Shown here: positions 40,637-51,366 of the stretch, piece after piece
How positions within the stretch are numbered: position 1 is the first letter of the stretch
Layout: each line of letters starts with the position of its first letter
NCBI GenBank assembly: GCA_047285535.1
Contig: JBJBDC010000001.1
Coordinates: 136 to 64,135, forward strand
Direction of reading: 5' to 3'
Source of the DNA: Synechococcus sp.
GTDB lineage: Bacteria > Cyanobacteriota > Cyanobacteriia > PCC-6307 > Cyanobiaceae
Length of the DNA: 64,000 nucleotides
Made by a program: the position numbers and the translations under genes
Notes under the pieces: generated by a model
What the model saw: the letters and a program-made list of their open reading frames with translations, nothing else
The model's database searches: none
Told to the model about the DNA's origin: nothing

Positions 40637-41614
40637 ATGACCGAAGCTGCCGCAACGGGTCGCTTCGTCCTTGATCTGCCCCATCCAGCTGCTGCGCTTG
40701 CTTTAGCAGGATCCGCAGAACAGACCTTGCATCAATTAGGGGTACTGACAGGTGCCTCTTTGGTTATGCGAGGTCTTCAACTTGAAATGTCTGGCCTTCC
40801 TGGACAGATCGAACGTGCTGCAGCTGTTGTTGAACTTGTGCGGCCGATTTGGCAGGGCGGCCAAGCGGTGTCACAAATGGATTTACAAACGGCACTTGGG
40901 GCTTTAACCGCAGGCCAACAGGCTGATCATGCTGCCATGGGGGATCAGGTGCTTGCCCGCAGCCAAAAGGGCAATCTCCTACGTCCGCGCACGTTGCGGC
41001 AAAAGAAATACGTGGATGCGATGGAGCGTCATGAACTGACTTTTGCGCTTGGGCCCGCGGGCACAGGGAAGACATTTCTCGCTGCCGTGTTGGCGGTCCG
41101 CATGCTCACGGAGCGCAAAGTTGAGCGCTTGATCCTCACCAGGCCAGCCGTAGAGGCCGGAGAGCGTCTTGGTTTTCTTCCGGGTGATTTGCAGCAAAAA
41201 ATAGATCCCTATCTCAGGCCTCTTTATGACTCTCTGCATGCCCTTCTTGGTCCTGATAAAACAACTTCGCTGCTCGAGAAAGGTGTGATTGAAGTCGCCC
41301 CATTGGCCTACATGCGTGGTCGCACTTTGTCAGGTGCCTTTGTGATTCTGGATGAGGCTCAAAACACGACGTCGGCACAAATGCGCATGGTTTTGACCCG
41401 TTTGGGGGAGCGTTCACGCATGGTTGTAACCGGTGATGTGACCCAGCAAGACCTACCTCATGGCCAGTTGAGCGGCCTGGTGGAGGCTGCGAGTGTGATG
41501 GAGGGAGTTGAGGGTATTGCTGTATGTCATCTCACCGCAGCTGATGTTGTGCGTCATCCTCTTGTGCAACGCGTCGTGGAAGCCTATGCCAGCTTTGATC
41601 AACAATCTGGATGA
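40637..41614 (+). CDS. phoH: PhoH-family ATPase
   Basis: GPAGTGKT, RPAVEAGE.LGFLPG, LAYMRGRT, DEAQN. Confidence 0.92.
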   Translation: MTEAAATGRFVLDLPHPAAALALAGSAEQTLHQLGVLTGASLVMRGLQLEMSGLPGQIERAAAVVELVRPIWQGGQAVSQMDLQTALGALTAGQQADHAAMGDQVLARSQKGNLLRPRTLRQKKYVDAMERHELTFALGPAGTGKTFLAAVLAVRMLTERKVERLILTRPAVEAGERLGFLPGDLQQKIDPYLRPLYDSLHALLGPDKTTSLLEKGVIEVAPLAYMRGRTLSGAFVILDEAQNTTSAQMRMVLTRLGERSRMVVTGDVTQQDLPHGQLSGLVEAASVMEGVEGIAVCHLTAADVVRHPLVQRVVEAYASFDQQSG

Positions 41615-41812
41615 CAACCAGGAGCTGGTAACAGGATGCTCAATGGTTGCGATCAGAGATCAGTCATGGAGCTCACGCTGGCTTTAGATCCGATTGCGTT
41701 GCTGCTTTGACATGTTGGTGCTCTGTCTCTATTCGATAGGGGGATCCACACTTCTGTTGCGGGCCATTCCCTTTTTTCGCTGGCAAAATATAGACAGTCT
41801 TTGATGAAAGGC

Positions 41813-42553
41813 ATGCCAGCAAGCAGTAATTTTCAAGAGGCCATTCGCGAGGCGCAATCCAGCGCACTGGTTGGCCCCAATGTCGTCAATAAGGCATTGC
41901 CTTATGTCGGTGGTGGCATGGTGCTCACCGCAGGAGGTGTATTAGGAGGCATTGCCACCCTGGCTTCCATGGGCGGGCAGGCGTTCCAAACCCTCTCCAT
42001 GGTCGCAATCATCCCTTGGTTCATTCTTTTCTTTGTGGCTCAGAACGCTGCAAAAAAAGGCAATAACGCCACCGCTCTTCCCCTGCTAGCTACTTTCAGC
42101 TTGTTGACAGGTTTCACCCTGACGGGGTTAGTCCTTCAGGCCGTTGCTGTCGCAGGTGCTGCTTCTATCGGCATTGCTGCTCTTGCGACTGGCTTGACCT
42201 TTGCGATTGCCTCAGTTGTCGGTAGGCGGATGAGCGATAGTGTCGGTCAGGCTCTTTCTGGTGTGGTCGGGCTTGGTCTGATCGGCCTGATTATCGCCAT
42301 GGTGGTGCAGTTGATCGGTGGTTTCTTCGCGCCGGGGATCTTTGCTGTAGGCACTTTTGAATTAATGATTGCCGGATTCGGAACGGTGCTGTTTGTGGGC
42401 ATGGCTTTTGTTGACTTTTACACAATGCCTCGTACCTACCGTGATGATCAATATCTATCAGGTGCATTAGGGATGTACCTGACCTACATCAATTTGTTTA
42501 TTTTTATTCTGCGTTTGATTATTGCAATTCAAGGTGGCGGTCGGCGCGACTGA
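41813..42553 (+). CDS. Bax inhibitor-1/YccA-family membrane protein
   Basis: About 7 TM helices; C-terminal ALGMYLTYINLFIFILRL. Confidence 0.9.
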   Translation: MPASSNFQEAIREAQSSALVGPNVVNKALPYVGGGMVLTAGGVLGGIATLASMGGQAFQTLSMVAIIPWFILFFVAQNAAKKGNNATALPLLATFSLLTGFTLTGLVLQAVAVAGAASIGIAALATGLTFAIASVVGRRMSDSVGQALSGVVGLGLIGLIIAMVVQLIGGFFAPGIFAVGTFELMIAGFGTVLFVGMAFVDFYTMPRTYRDDQYLSGALGMYLTYINLFIFILRLIIAIQGGGRRD

Positions 42554-42593
42554 TTGGCACTAGTTCTCATTATTCCTTTTAAATAAGTTGTTC

Positions 42594-42619
42594 AAGCCCG
42601 GCATGAGCCGGGTTTTTTA
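42594..42619 (+). terminator. Rho-independent terminator
   Basis: AGCCCGGC-ATGA-GCCGGGTT followed by a T run. Confidence 0.85.
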
Positions 42620-42704
42620 TGGGGAGTGTGTTTCGACCTGTAATCAACCAAGGCGGATTGATCTTCGTTTTGCTGTATTGAGTATTCAAGTTTGCAGACC
42701 GCTC

Positions 42705-44114
42705 ATGCGTGAGAAGAGTGCTGAGCACAAGGCGCATCAAAAGATGCAATTCATTGTGCGACTTGCAATTTCAGCCGCCATGGGCGGTTTTTTGTTTGGT
42801 TTCGATACAGCAATAATCAATGGGGCTGTGTCCTCAATTCAGTCCACATTCCATGCGTCTTCATTTCATCTTGGGCTCACCGTCTCCTCAGCCCTTATCG
42901 GGTCTGCGATAGGCGCGTTAGGTGCTGGTTGGCTTGCCGATGCGATTGGTCGTCGGCAAAGCATGTGGCTTGCAGCGGTCTTGTTTGTTGTGAGCGCTAT
43001 TGGCTCTGGCCTGGCGCCTCGATTAGTGGATCTTGTGGCCTGGAGAGCGATCGGTGGAGTGGCGGTTGGTTTTGCCAGCGTGTTGGCGCCGGCATATATC
43101 GCTGAAATCTCTCCGGCGCAAATGCGTGGTCGTACTGGTTCTTTGATGCAACTGGCCATTGTTATTGGGATTTTTATGGCGCTACTGAGTGACTATTTTT
43201 TAGTACTCGCAACCTCAGATCATGAACCCCTATCGAGTGTGGGGCCGATGGCAGCATGGAGATGGATGTTGATTTCAGAGCTGGTTCCTGCTGTGATTTA
43301 TGGGGTGATGGTGTTGCAAATACCAGAAAGCCCCCGCTACTTGGTGCAGAGAGGTCGGATTGAACAGGCCCGTGTTGTGATTGGCAAAACTCTGGGTGAT
43401 CCGACTCAGCCAGTGATTGATCGAATTCAGGCCAGTCTTGGAAATCGCAATAACAGCACAATATTGGATCTTTTTTCGCGGCGATCATTGTTTTTGCCTG
43501 TTGTTTGGACTGGGATATTTTTGGGGGCTTTACAGCAGTTTGTGGGTATAAATGTAATCTTTTATTATTCAAGTACTTTGTGGAAATCAGTTGGTTTTAG
43601 TACTACCGATAGCTTGATGATCACTGTTGCTACTGCAGTCACTAATATCGTGACAACATTTCTGGCGATTGGCACGATTGATCGATTGGGGCGACGTCCT
43701 CTGCTTTTGGTGGGCTCGGTTGTGATCACAATCAGCTTGGGGCTGATGAGCTTGATCTTTGCCGGCGCTCCCCTTGTGAACGGTGCACCTGTGCTCTCAG
43801 GAGCATCCTCTGTGGTGGCGTTGATTGCAGTTAATGTTTATGTTTTTGCCTTTGGCTTCTCTTGGGGGCCCGTGATGTGGGTTCTGTTGTCCGAAATGTT
43901 TAATAACCGTATTCGTGCCCTTGCCTTGGGTTTGGCTGTCACGTTGAATTGGTTAGCGAATTTCATTGTTTCCACCACATTCCCTGTCCTCCTTGAAATG
44001 TCAGGTGCTTCCTTTGCTTATGGCTGTTATGCCACAGCTGCAGCAATTTCATTTTTCTTTGTGCTCTTCATGGTGCATGAAACGAAGGGACGAGAACTTG
44101 AGGATATGATTTAA
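42705..44114 (+). CDS. Sugar porter family MFS transporter (GlcP-like)
   Basis: GGFLFGFDT, DAIGRR, YIAEISP..RG, PESPRYL, QQFVGINVIFYY, DRLGRR, SWGPV.W, ETKG..LE. Confidence 0.92.
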   Translation: MREKSAEHKAHQKMQFIVRLAISAAMGGFLFGFDTAIINGAVSSIQSTFHASSFHLGLTVSSALIGSAIGALGAGWLADAIGRRQSMWLAAVLFVVSAIGSGLAPRLVDLVAWRAIGGVAVGFASVLAPAYIAEISPAQMRGRTGSLMQLAIVIGIFMALLSDYFLVLATSDHEPLSSVGPMAAWRWMLISELVPAVIYGVMVLQIPESPRYLVQRGRIEQARVVIGKTLGDPTQPVIDRIQASLGNRNNSTILDLFSRRSLFLPVVWTGIFLGALQQFVGINVIFYYSSTLWKSVGFSTTDSLMITVATAVTNIVTTFLAIGTIDRLGRRPLLLVGSVVITISLGLMSLIFAGAPLVNGAPVLSGASSVVALIAVNVYVFAFGFSWGPVMWVLLSEMFNNRIRALALGLAVTLNWLANFIVSTTFPVLLEMSGASFAYGCYATAAAISFFFVLFMVHETKGRELEDMI

Positions 44115-44366
44115 ACGAAAGAAGTTTTGCGGCTTTATGTGATTTTGATTTTGTGGTTGTTTGCGTGAATAATAGTGCTCTCGTTTGTTTGCATTTTTAA
44201 TGAAGTGATGATTTATCTCTTTGTTTTGTCTGGATTTCTGTTGTTGCTGATTGGGGCTTTTGAAGGTTGCCTGGATTTTGTGTTGTCGAGTATTTTGTCT
44301 TGTTGTTCTATGAATATCCTGGTCAATATGATCCTGGCTTGATCAGCTCAATCAAGACGTTGATTA

Positions 44367-44945
44367 TTATTCTGCCACGGACTCCACGGCCATCTTGATT
44401 GCTGCTTTCTGTTTTGCGTCGTATCCCCAGCGATCAAGAAAGGCAACATCTTCACCTTGATTATTGCTTGCTGCAGCGAGCAGGGTTTCTAGTCTTGCTT
44501 TGACTTCATGGGGTTCGAGCTGGCGTAGTAACTCGATGCATCGCTGATTAACCCGTTCTGAACTTGCCGCTTGAGATTCATCAGCCTGACTGTAGTGATG
44601 CACCACCATCGCTGCACTCATTGCCAGGTTGCGAACGGTTAGATCCACAATGTTTTTGCCGCAAATTCGCAGTTTGGCGACGAGTGGTTCAGGCAATCGA
44701 TCCATTAGTGCACTGTCGCCAGCCAGGCTGATGACAAAGAAGCCCCTGGCTCCATCTCGGCTTTCAACGAGTTCTGCGATGCGATCGGCAATCACCTCAT
44801 CGCTGATTTCCTCATGATCCCACTGTTTGATCCAGCCGGCAGCAATCTCCATCGCTTGAGGAAAGCTTGGGGACAGAGTTGATTGATCCTGAGTCTTTGC
44901 TGCTGGAGGCGTGTGTGGGGGAGCAGTTGAGTTCTCATCGGTCAT
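44367..44945 (-). CDS. Conserved hypothetical protein
   Basis: 192-aa ORF with GARGFFV, VRNLAMS, FLDRWGYD segments and core-like composition. Confidence 0.8.
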   Translation of the reverse strand: MTDENSTAPPHTPPAAKTQDQSTLSPSFPQAMEIAAGWIKQWDHEEISDEVIADRIAELVESRDGARGFFVISLAGDSALMDRLPEPLVAKLRICGKNIVDLTVRNLAMSAAMVVHHYSQADESQAASSERVNQRCIELLRQLEPHEVKARLETLLAAASNNQGEDVAFLDRWGYDAKQKAAIKMAVESVAE

Positions 44946-45343
44946 GACAATCGGCTAGAGGGTGACATGAAGGTTAGGAAGACGCAGATCAAGGTTCGCT
45001 GTCTCCCAAACTTGTTGTGGAGGGCTCAGAGGCCCGAAGTATTTTCAACTTGACGACAATCAGCTCTTGCAGGGATCGAAAGCCCAATAGCTCAACACGG
45101 TCTGAACTTCATGTGACATTGTCAGATGACATTGTCAGAGAGGCATCGACAGGCTTTGCAGGGTCATGGCACATCAATCATGGTGAGTCTCTTCATCGGT
45201 TTGAGTGGAAAGTACCTACGGCGATTTCACGCAGGTCCAGGATTTGCATGATCATGACAATCTGGGGCTCGGAAGCTTGGATCAACTTGATGCTGCAGCA
45301 ACGACAACCCAGGAGTGAGTTGGTGAAAGAGCAGACTTGAGGG

Positions 45344-46297
45344 ATGGTTGATTCCCCCTCTCGTTCCTTTGCAAGTGATAGGCCTCAGGGCTTTCGCTCT
45401 GGTTTTGTTGCATTGATTGGTCGACCCAATGTGGGAAAGTCCACATTGGTGAATCAGCTCATCGGGGACAAGGTTGCGATTACCTCGCCTGTGGCTCAAA
45501 CCACGCGTAATCGTTTGCGCGCCATCCTCACAACCTCCGAGTTCCAGCTCATCTTTGTGGATACACCCGGCATTCATAAACCACACCATTTATTAGGTGA
45601 ACGGCTTGTGCAAAGTGCCCGCTCAGCGATTGGTGAGGTGGATCAGGTTCTGTTGTTGCTTGAGGGATGTGAGGCCCCAGGACGGGGAGATGCCTTCATC
45701 GTTCAATTGCTGCGTCAGCAATCCTTGCCAGTGCAGGTGCTTCTCAATAAATGGGATTTGGTCCCTCATGAGCAAAAGGATGCCGCCGATGCGGCCTATC
45801 GAGATCTTCTAATCGATACGAACTGGCCCATGCATCGCTGCAGTGCCCTTAGTGGTGACGGCTGCGCTGAGTTAGTCAAGGCCATCAGTTCTTGGATGCC
45901 TGAGGGGCCTCAGCTGTATCCACCAGACATGGTGAGCGATCAGCCCGAACGCTTTTTGATGGGAGAATTAATCCGTGAACAGGTTTTGCTCAACACGCGA
46001 GAGGAGGTTCCCCATAGCGTCGCGGTGAGCATTGATCGCATCGAAGAAATGCCCGCGAAGGGCAAAGGCAATGGGCGTACAGCTGTGTTGGCGACAGTAC
46101 TGGTTGAGCGCAAAAGTCAGAAGGGCATTCTCATCGGAAAGGGTGGAGCCATGCTTAAAACCATTGGTCAGGGTGCGCGTCTGCAAATGCAGACCTTGAT
46201 TGATGGTCCGGTGTATTTAGAGCTGTTTGTGAAAGTGGTTCCCGATTGGCGCAGCAAGCCTGCACGACTCGCGGAGTTGGGCTACGTAGGGGACTAA
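45344..46297 (+). CDS. era: GTPase Era
   Basis: GRPNVGKST, QTTR, DTPG, NKWD, KH domain IGKGG. Confidence 0.96.
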   Translation: MVDSPSRSFASDRPQGFRSGFVALIGRPNVGKSTLVNQLIGDKVAITSPVAQTTRNRLRAILTTSEFQLIFVDTPGIHKPHHLLGERLVQSARSAIGEVDQVLLLLEGCEAPGRGDAFIVQLLRQQSLPVQVLLNKWDLVPHEQKDAADAAYRDLLIDTNWPMHRCSALSGDGCAELVKAISSWMPEGPQLYPPDMVSDQPERFLMGELIREQVLLNTREEVPHSVAVSIDRIEEMPAKGKGNGRTAVLATVLVERKSQKGILIGKGGAMLKTIGQGARLQMQTLIDGPVYLELFVKVVPDWRSKPARLAELGYVGD

Positions 46298-46321
46298 CTG
46301 GTAGCAGCTGAGCCTGCGAAG

Positions 46322-46798
46322 ATGCAAGGTATGAGCGATCCAACTCCTTTCCCTCCATCTGATCTCGATGGTTTTCTTGGACTCTGTGCAGGCCGTTGGA
46401 TGAGCTTGCGTAGCCGTTTTCAGATGGATGCATCTGAGCAGGACTGGCATCGCAGTGAACGGGGGGACATTGAAGTGTCAGCGTCCGTTGTGGAGGGTGT
46501 GCCGTGTTTGGAAGTTAAGCCAGCAGAGGGTGCCAAGAGCATCCTGGTGTTTCAAGACGATGGGTGTCTGGCTCTGAACTCAGATGGCAATGATCAGATG
46601 GGACGATGGCAGTTGCTTCCAGATGCCAGCCTCGAGCTTCAGGTGCAAGCCATCAACGGTGATCAAGTGTTGGAGCGTATTTGGTTCACGAAACCCAACT
46701 TGCGTCTGCGCAGCACTACGGCTGTTGGAGCGGATGGTCAACTTCGACAGGGGAGCTTCTGCTCTGAAATCAGGCGCGTCAGTCGTCCGCAGAGCTGA
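46322..46798 (+). CDS. CpcS/CpeS-like phycobiliprotein lyase family protein
   Basis: GRWMSLRS, ERIWF..PNLRLR, SFCSEIRR. Confidence 0.85.
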   Translation: MQGMSDPTPFPPSDLDGFLGLCAGRWMSLRSRFQMDASEQDWHRSERGDIEVSASVVEGVPCLEVKPAEGAKSILVFQDDGCLALNSDGNDQMGRWQLLPDASLELQVQAINGDQVLERIWFTKPNLRLRSTTAVGADGQLRQGSFCSEIRRVSRPQS

Positions 46799-46804
46799 CG
46801 TCTG

Positions 46805-47515
46805 ATGGCTCCGTATCGCCTCGATGTGATCAGCCTGGCTCCGCAAGCATTTGCGTCGTTGCTTGATCTTGGTGTCATTGGTCGTGCCTTTGGAGAGGGT
46901 ATTGCTGAATTACACCTTCACAATCCTCGCGATCACACCATTGATCGTTATCGCAAAGTTGACGATGTGCCCTACGGGGGTGGGGCAGGCATGGTGCTTA
47001 AACCTGAACCGGTGTTTGCGGCTCTGGAGTCCATACCCGTCTGGCTACGACGTCGCGTTCTTTTGATGTCGCCTCAGGGGCAACCACTTCGTCAGCTTGA
47101 CCTCCAGCGTTGGGCTAACAACTACGACCAATTGGTGTTTGTTTGCGGTCACTACGAGGGCTTTGATGAACGTATTCGTTGTCTTGCTGATGAAGAAGTG
47201 TCTGTTGGGGACTTCGTCCTGACCGGGGGTGAACTTCCCGCCATGACCATCATTAACGGGGTCGTGCGGCTGTTGCCTGGAACCGTAGGCACGGCGGAAT
47301 CTTTAGTGGAAGAAAGTCATACCGATCTGTTGCTTGAGCATGCGCATTACACACGCCCGGCGGACTTTCGCGGAATGGTAGTCCCCGATGTGTTGCGAAG
47401 TGGTGATCATGGAGCCATCGCTCGATGGCGGCAGCAGCAGCGTGAGAAACGAACCAAAGAGCGCCGACCAGATCTATGGCAAAAGGTCCAAGATTCGAGA
47501 TTGGAATCCTTGTAA
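46805..47515 (+). CDS. trmD: tRNA (guanine-N1)-methyltransferase
   Basis: VDDVPYGGGAGM, CGHYEGFDER, GDFVLTGGE, YTRP. Confidence 0.96.
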   Translation: MAPYRLDVISLAPQAFASLLDLGVIGRAFGEGIAELHLHNPRDHTIDRYRKVDDVPYGGGAGMVLKPEPVFAALESIPVWLRRRVLLMSPQGQPLRQLDLQRWANNYDQLVFVCGHYEGFDERIRCLADEEVSVGDFVLTGGELPAMTIINGVVRLLPGTVGTAESLVEESHTDLLLEHAHYTRPADFRGMVVPDVLRSGDHGAIARWRQQQREKRTKERRPDLWQKVQDSRLESL

Positions 47516-47882
47516 TCGGGTGATGCAACATCCGCTGATTGATCAATGTGAACTCAAATTGTTCTGGCGATCCTGAGTTTCGTCAGTCTGCAACGTTAAG
47601 TGCGTCTGTCCATTCCTAGGGTGGTGCTTGAGAATTTGGTTTTCAGCTCATGGAATGCCTGCCATTTGATCGCTGGAAAACAATTTTAGTGCGGCAAAAA
47701 GTCAATTGTATTTCGATTTAAGGCTTGGAAAGTAATATTTTGTTTGAAAGTGTTGATGTAGAAGGGAATAGAGGAGTCGGCATCTTTGTTTTTTCAGCCT
47801 TCATAGTTTTGGTGCGGTTGCAGTTGATGACAGTTCGCCGTTGAATGCCTAGGATTCAGAAGTTGTGCTTGATCGGGCCCTA

Positions 47883-48137
47883 ATGCGTCACTTAATGGCG
47901 GCTGTTGTATTGATGTCTTCTGTTGGTGCTCCTGCGGCGCTTGCACAGCGTGAAATACCTAAGGCTGAAGGGCATGATCAATGCCCGTTGGGATACGTGA
48001 ATACTTTAGGGACTACATGTGTCTCTCCTATCTATTATGAGGTTGCGCCAACCTATGGCAAAGCCTGCCCTTCTGGCTGGATGAACATAGGGGCTGGATA
48101 CTGCAGAAAAAAGAAGGGGCCTTTGGGAATCTTTTGA
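47883..48137 (+). CDS. Small secreted Cys-repeat protein
   Basis: Signal-peptide-like N-terminus (ALA-Q) and two CPxG[YW]xN..G..C units. Confidence 0.7.
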   Translation: MRHLMAAVVLMSSVGAPAALAQREIPKAEGHDQCPLGYVNTLGTTCVSPIYYEVAPTYGKACPSGWMNIGAGYCRKKKGPLGIF

Positions 48138-49071
48138 TTGATGAGTTGAGTTCTTGCAGCTGAACCATGAGGTCATGGTTCAGCTGACGAAGGATATGAG
48201 CCTTGTGGGATTTATTTCGTGTGATGTCTAAACAATCTAGGCCATTGTCACGGTTGGTCTTCTTCTCTCCTGTCCGTTTGTAAGGCTTGACTTGGTTGGT
48301 CAATGTTTTTGGCAAGCGCTTTGGAAAAGGCACACCATTTCTAATTTCGGTGGTTTTTGCTCTGAAGGCAATGCGCGTTTACACCGATGGCAAAGCTACC
48401 TCGCTCGGGCAAACTATTCATATCGAGAGAAGGAGGCGCTTTGACAGACGACACTCCACCTGAGTTATCAGCAGAAGCAAGCTGACTTCAGGTCCCTGCT
48501 CCAACAGTCTCAACAAGACGTGGGTTGTTCCTTTGGTAGGCAATGCCTTGCGCGCCACGCCAATCGATGCTCCATTAGCACCGTCCTAGGTGCCCTCAGG
48601 AGAAAACGACCCAACACCTAGAGCTCCGGCCCCAGGTGATCCTGCAGTTAGTCGCTTCGTGCCACGCTTTCAGTTCACTGTTTTCGTTTCGAGGTTAAAG
48701 CTTCACCGATACAGAATCACTGATTACTGGTGTGCGCTATGCATAAACGAGCGAGCTAGGCCGTCTTTTCCATCTGGGAGGGGCGGCCTCTCTCATGTCT
48801 TGAAGTTCCTGTTTTGTGGTGATAATTAGTATCGAGATTTCGCCATCAATCTCAGTAGTCCAAAAGCTTAATCTTTTGGAATCCCTCACGGTTGTGAGTT
48901 TGCTTGTCGATTTACGTTTGGCGCTCTTTTTGAGTCTTTTGGGCCAATGCTGATGTGTATGGATGGGGCTGAGCCTTTTAAATGACAATGGATCAGATAG
49001 GAGTAAAAGTAGCCTTGATTGCAATGACTTAGCCCAGATGCAGTACTGCTTCCCTCTGTGTCTTGCCTAAT

Positions 49072-49100
49072 CCAATGCCAATGCCAATGCCAATGCCAAT
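49072..49100 (+). repeat. Hexanucleotide microsatellite (CCAATG) x about 5
   Basis: ccaatgccaatgccaatgccaatgccaat. Confidence 0.9.
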
Positions 49101-49757
49101 TCATAGGCAGGCAATCCAGGTATAGAGCTGAGGTGGTTCACCTGGCGGTATAAGGCTCTGTTGATAGTCCTTTTGAGTCTTTGAAGGAAATAGAGGAATG
49201 AATTGGAAAGCATTCCTCCGATTCACCGGACAACTAAGGGGCAAACCCCTGACCCTTAGCTTTTACAATTTTTGTCTGCAAGCTATAAGCTCTGTGTTGC
49301 TGATGAGAGATGATTGTGTTCTCAAAGTTGCATTACAGTGTTCTTTCGCAATGATGCCCTCCAAAAAGTGATGAGCTCTGAACCTAATACCTCTGAAGTG
49401 TCCTTGAAGAATGGCTGGTTGCGCTGATGGTTGCTGCAGGTAGGAGAGTAGAGGTTGAAAATCTATTTTGAATCATGATTCTCTTCTGTTTGGAATGGAA
49501 TTTTTCAACTGTTCTTTCTCTTGATGAGTATATGTTGCCTTGATGTATTCATTCGCTAATTAGATGTTTATGTCTTGGTGGTGTGTTGGCGGATCGCGCT
49601 TTGAAAATCTCTCTTTTGAAGTGCCTCGGTAAGCTCAATCACTCCTTTGATGAGGTTGTCGTTTCTCATCCTAAAGTCAATCTTTGATTTAACTCTTACG
49701 TGTCAAAGTGAGTGGCAGGTGGGTTGGATCGTTTTTGACCTGTCTCAAGCTCAAGTG

Positions 49758-50258
49758 ATGACCTCTCCGGTTCCAACCCTGCGTATCGGCAACGGCTATG
49801 ACATGCACCGTTTGGTGCCGGGTCGTGCGTTGATCCTTGGCGGTCAGCAGCTGGAGCATCCAGAGGGACTAGGGCTTGATGGCCACAGCGATGCTGATGT
49901 CTTGGTGCACGCGATCATGGACGCTTTGCTTGGTGCCCTTTCTCTTGGAGATATCGGAAAATATTTTCCTCCAAGCGATCCCCAATGGAAGGGAGCGGAC
50001 AGCCTTGTGCTCTTGGAACAGGTTGTGGCTTTGGTGAAGGCGAGAGGCTGGGGAGTGGTCAATGTGGATGCAGTGTTGGTTGCCGAACGGCCAAAACTGA
50101 AGCCCCATATTGAAGAGATGCGAGCGGCTATTGCCAACAGGATGGGGGTGGCTGACGACCAGGTGGGAGTTAAAGCAACTACCAATGAAAAACTGGGCCC
50201 CGAAGGTCGGGAAGAAGGAATTTCTTGTCAGGCCGTAGCTCTCCTGCACGCGCTCTAA
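49758..50258 (+). CDS. ispF: 2-C-methyl-D-erythritol 2,4-cyclodiphosphate synthase
   Basis: [30 protein letters not shown]. Confidence 0.96.
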   Translation: MTSPVPTLRIGNGYDMHRLVPGRALILGGQQLEHPEGLGLDGHSDADVLVHAIMDALLGALSLGDIGKYFPPSDPQWKGADSLVLLEQVVALVKARGWGVVNVDAVLVAERPKLKPHIEEMRAAIANRMGVADDQVGVKATTNEKLGPEGREEGISCQAVALLHAL

Positions 50259-50704
50259 TGCAACGACTTCATGCATTGATGATTAGGGTCGCCGCCATTG
50301 TGCTCGTTATTGGGGTGTTGATGGGGCAATCTTCTGATGTGCGCTTCGCTGCCTTTGCGGATCCAGGCGGTGGGTACGAGCTTGCTGTGATTGAGCATCT
50401 GCGCCTCTCAGTCCCTGCTCAAGGACGACAGGCTTGGTTAGAAGCTGAACGAGGCAGCTGGGAGCCTTGGTTGGCCAAGCAGAATGGTTTTTTAGGTCGT
50501 GATCTGCTTTGGGATCCTGCAACCGAAGAGGGAACCCTTTTGATTCGATGGTCGAGTCGCGAGGATTGGAAAGCCATTCCCACCGTTGAGATTGAACAGG
50601 TTCAGACTCGCTTCGAGCAGTTGGCGCGTCAGGCCATGGCTATCACTCAAGAGAGAGAAAATCCATTCCCTTTGGTCTTTGAGGGAGAGCTTCTACCCCC
50701 ATGA
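50258..50704 (+). CDS. TIGR03792-like conserved cyanobacterial protein (ABM-like fold)
   Basis: VIEHLRL, WEPWL..Q.GFLG, IRWSSREDWKAIP. Confidence 0.75.
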   Translation: MQRLHALMIRVAAIVLVIGVLMGQSSDVRFAAFADPGGGYELAVIEHLRLSVPAQGRQAWLEAERGSWEPWLAKQNGFLGRDLLWDPATEEGTLLIRWSSREDWKAIPTVEIEQVQTRFEQLARQAMAITQERENPFPLVFEGELLPP

Positions 50705-51366
50705 CTAGCGATGATGTTCGTCTGGATTGGCAACGAATCGATCGACTCGGCATTGGCGAAGCGATCTGGGGCCAGCACAAAACAGTCGATCAGATTGTGG
50801 CCATTCTTGAAGCCTTTTCGGAAAGACAGCAGTCAGCGCTCGTGACGCGAGTGGATGAGGTTAAAGCGCTGGCGGTTATGAATCGATGTCGCCAAGGTCT
50901 TGTGCGTTTCGATGATCGAGCAAAGTGTTTGACATTGGGCGATCCCCCACCACTGCGATCGGCGTTGGGGTTGGTCATGGTGCTCAGCGGCGGTACCAGC
51001 GATTTACCCGTAGCCGCTGAAGCGCAATTGGCCTTGCAATGGCATGGAATTGACGCAGAGATGCTGCTGGATGTTGGGGTGGCTGGTTTGCATCGGCTTT
51101 TAGGTCAACTTCCTAGGCTTCGGCAGTCCAGCGTTCTTATCGCTTGTGCTGGAATGGAAGGCGCTCTGCCAACCGTGCTCGCGGGTCTCTTGCCTCAACC
51201 CGTCATCGGTGTACCCGTGTCTGTGGGCTATGGCGTGAGTTCTGGTGGGCGTGCTGCTCTTGAAGGGATGCTTTCAAGCTGTGCACCTGGCCTAGCCGTG
51301 GTGAATATCGATAATGGCTATGGAGCTGCAATGGTTGCTTTACGAATCCTGCAGGGACGACTTTAA
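50701..51366 (+). CDS. larB: LarB/CpmA family (PurE-like) protein
   Basis: GTSDLPVAAEA, DVGVAGLHRL, AGMEGALP, VPVSVGYG, VVNIDNGYGAA. Confidence 0.88.
   Translation: MTSDDVRLDWQRIDRLGIGEAIWGQHKTVDQIVAILEAFSERQQSALVTRVDEVKALAVMNRCRQGLVRFDDRAKCLTLGDPPPLRSALGLVMVLSGGTSDLPVAAEAQLALQWHGIDAEMLLDVGVAGLHRLLGQLPRLRQSSVLIACAGMEGALPTVLAGLLPQPVIGVPVSVGYGVSSGGRAALEGMLSSCAPGLAVVNIDNGYGAAMVALRILQGRL

Noticed and set aside
48886..49104. WHWHWH-containing ORF as a metal-binding peptide
   Set aside because: It is simply the translation of the CCAATG microsatellite.
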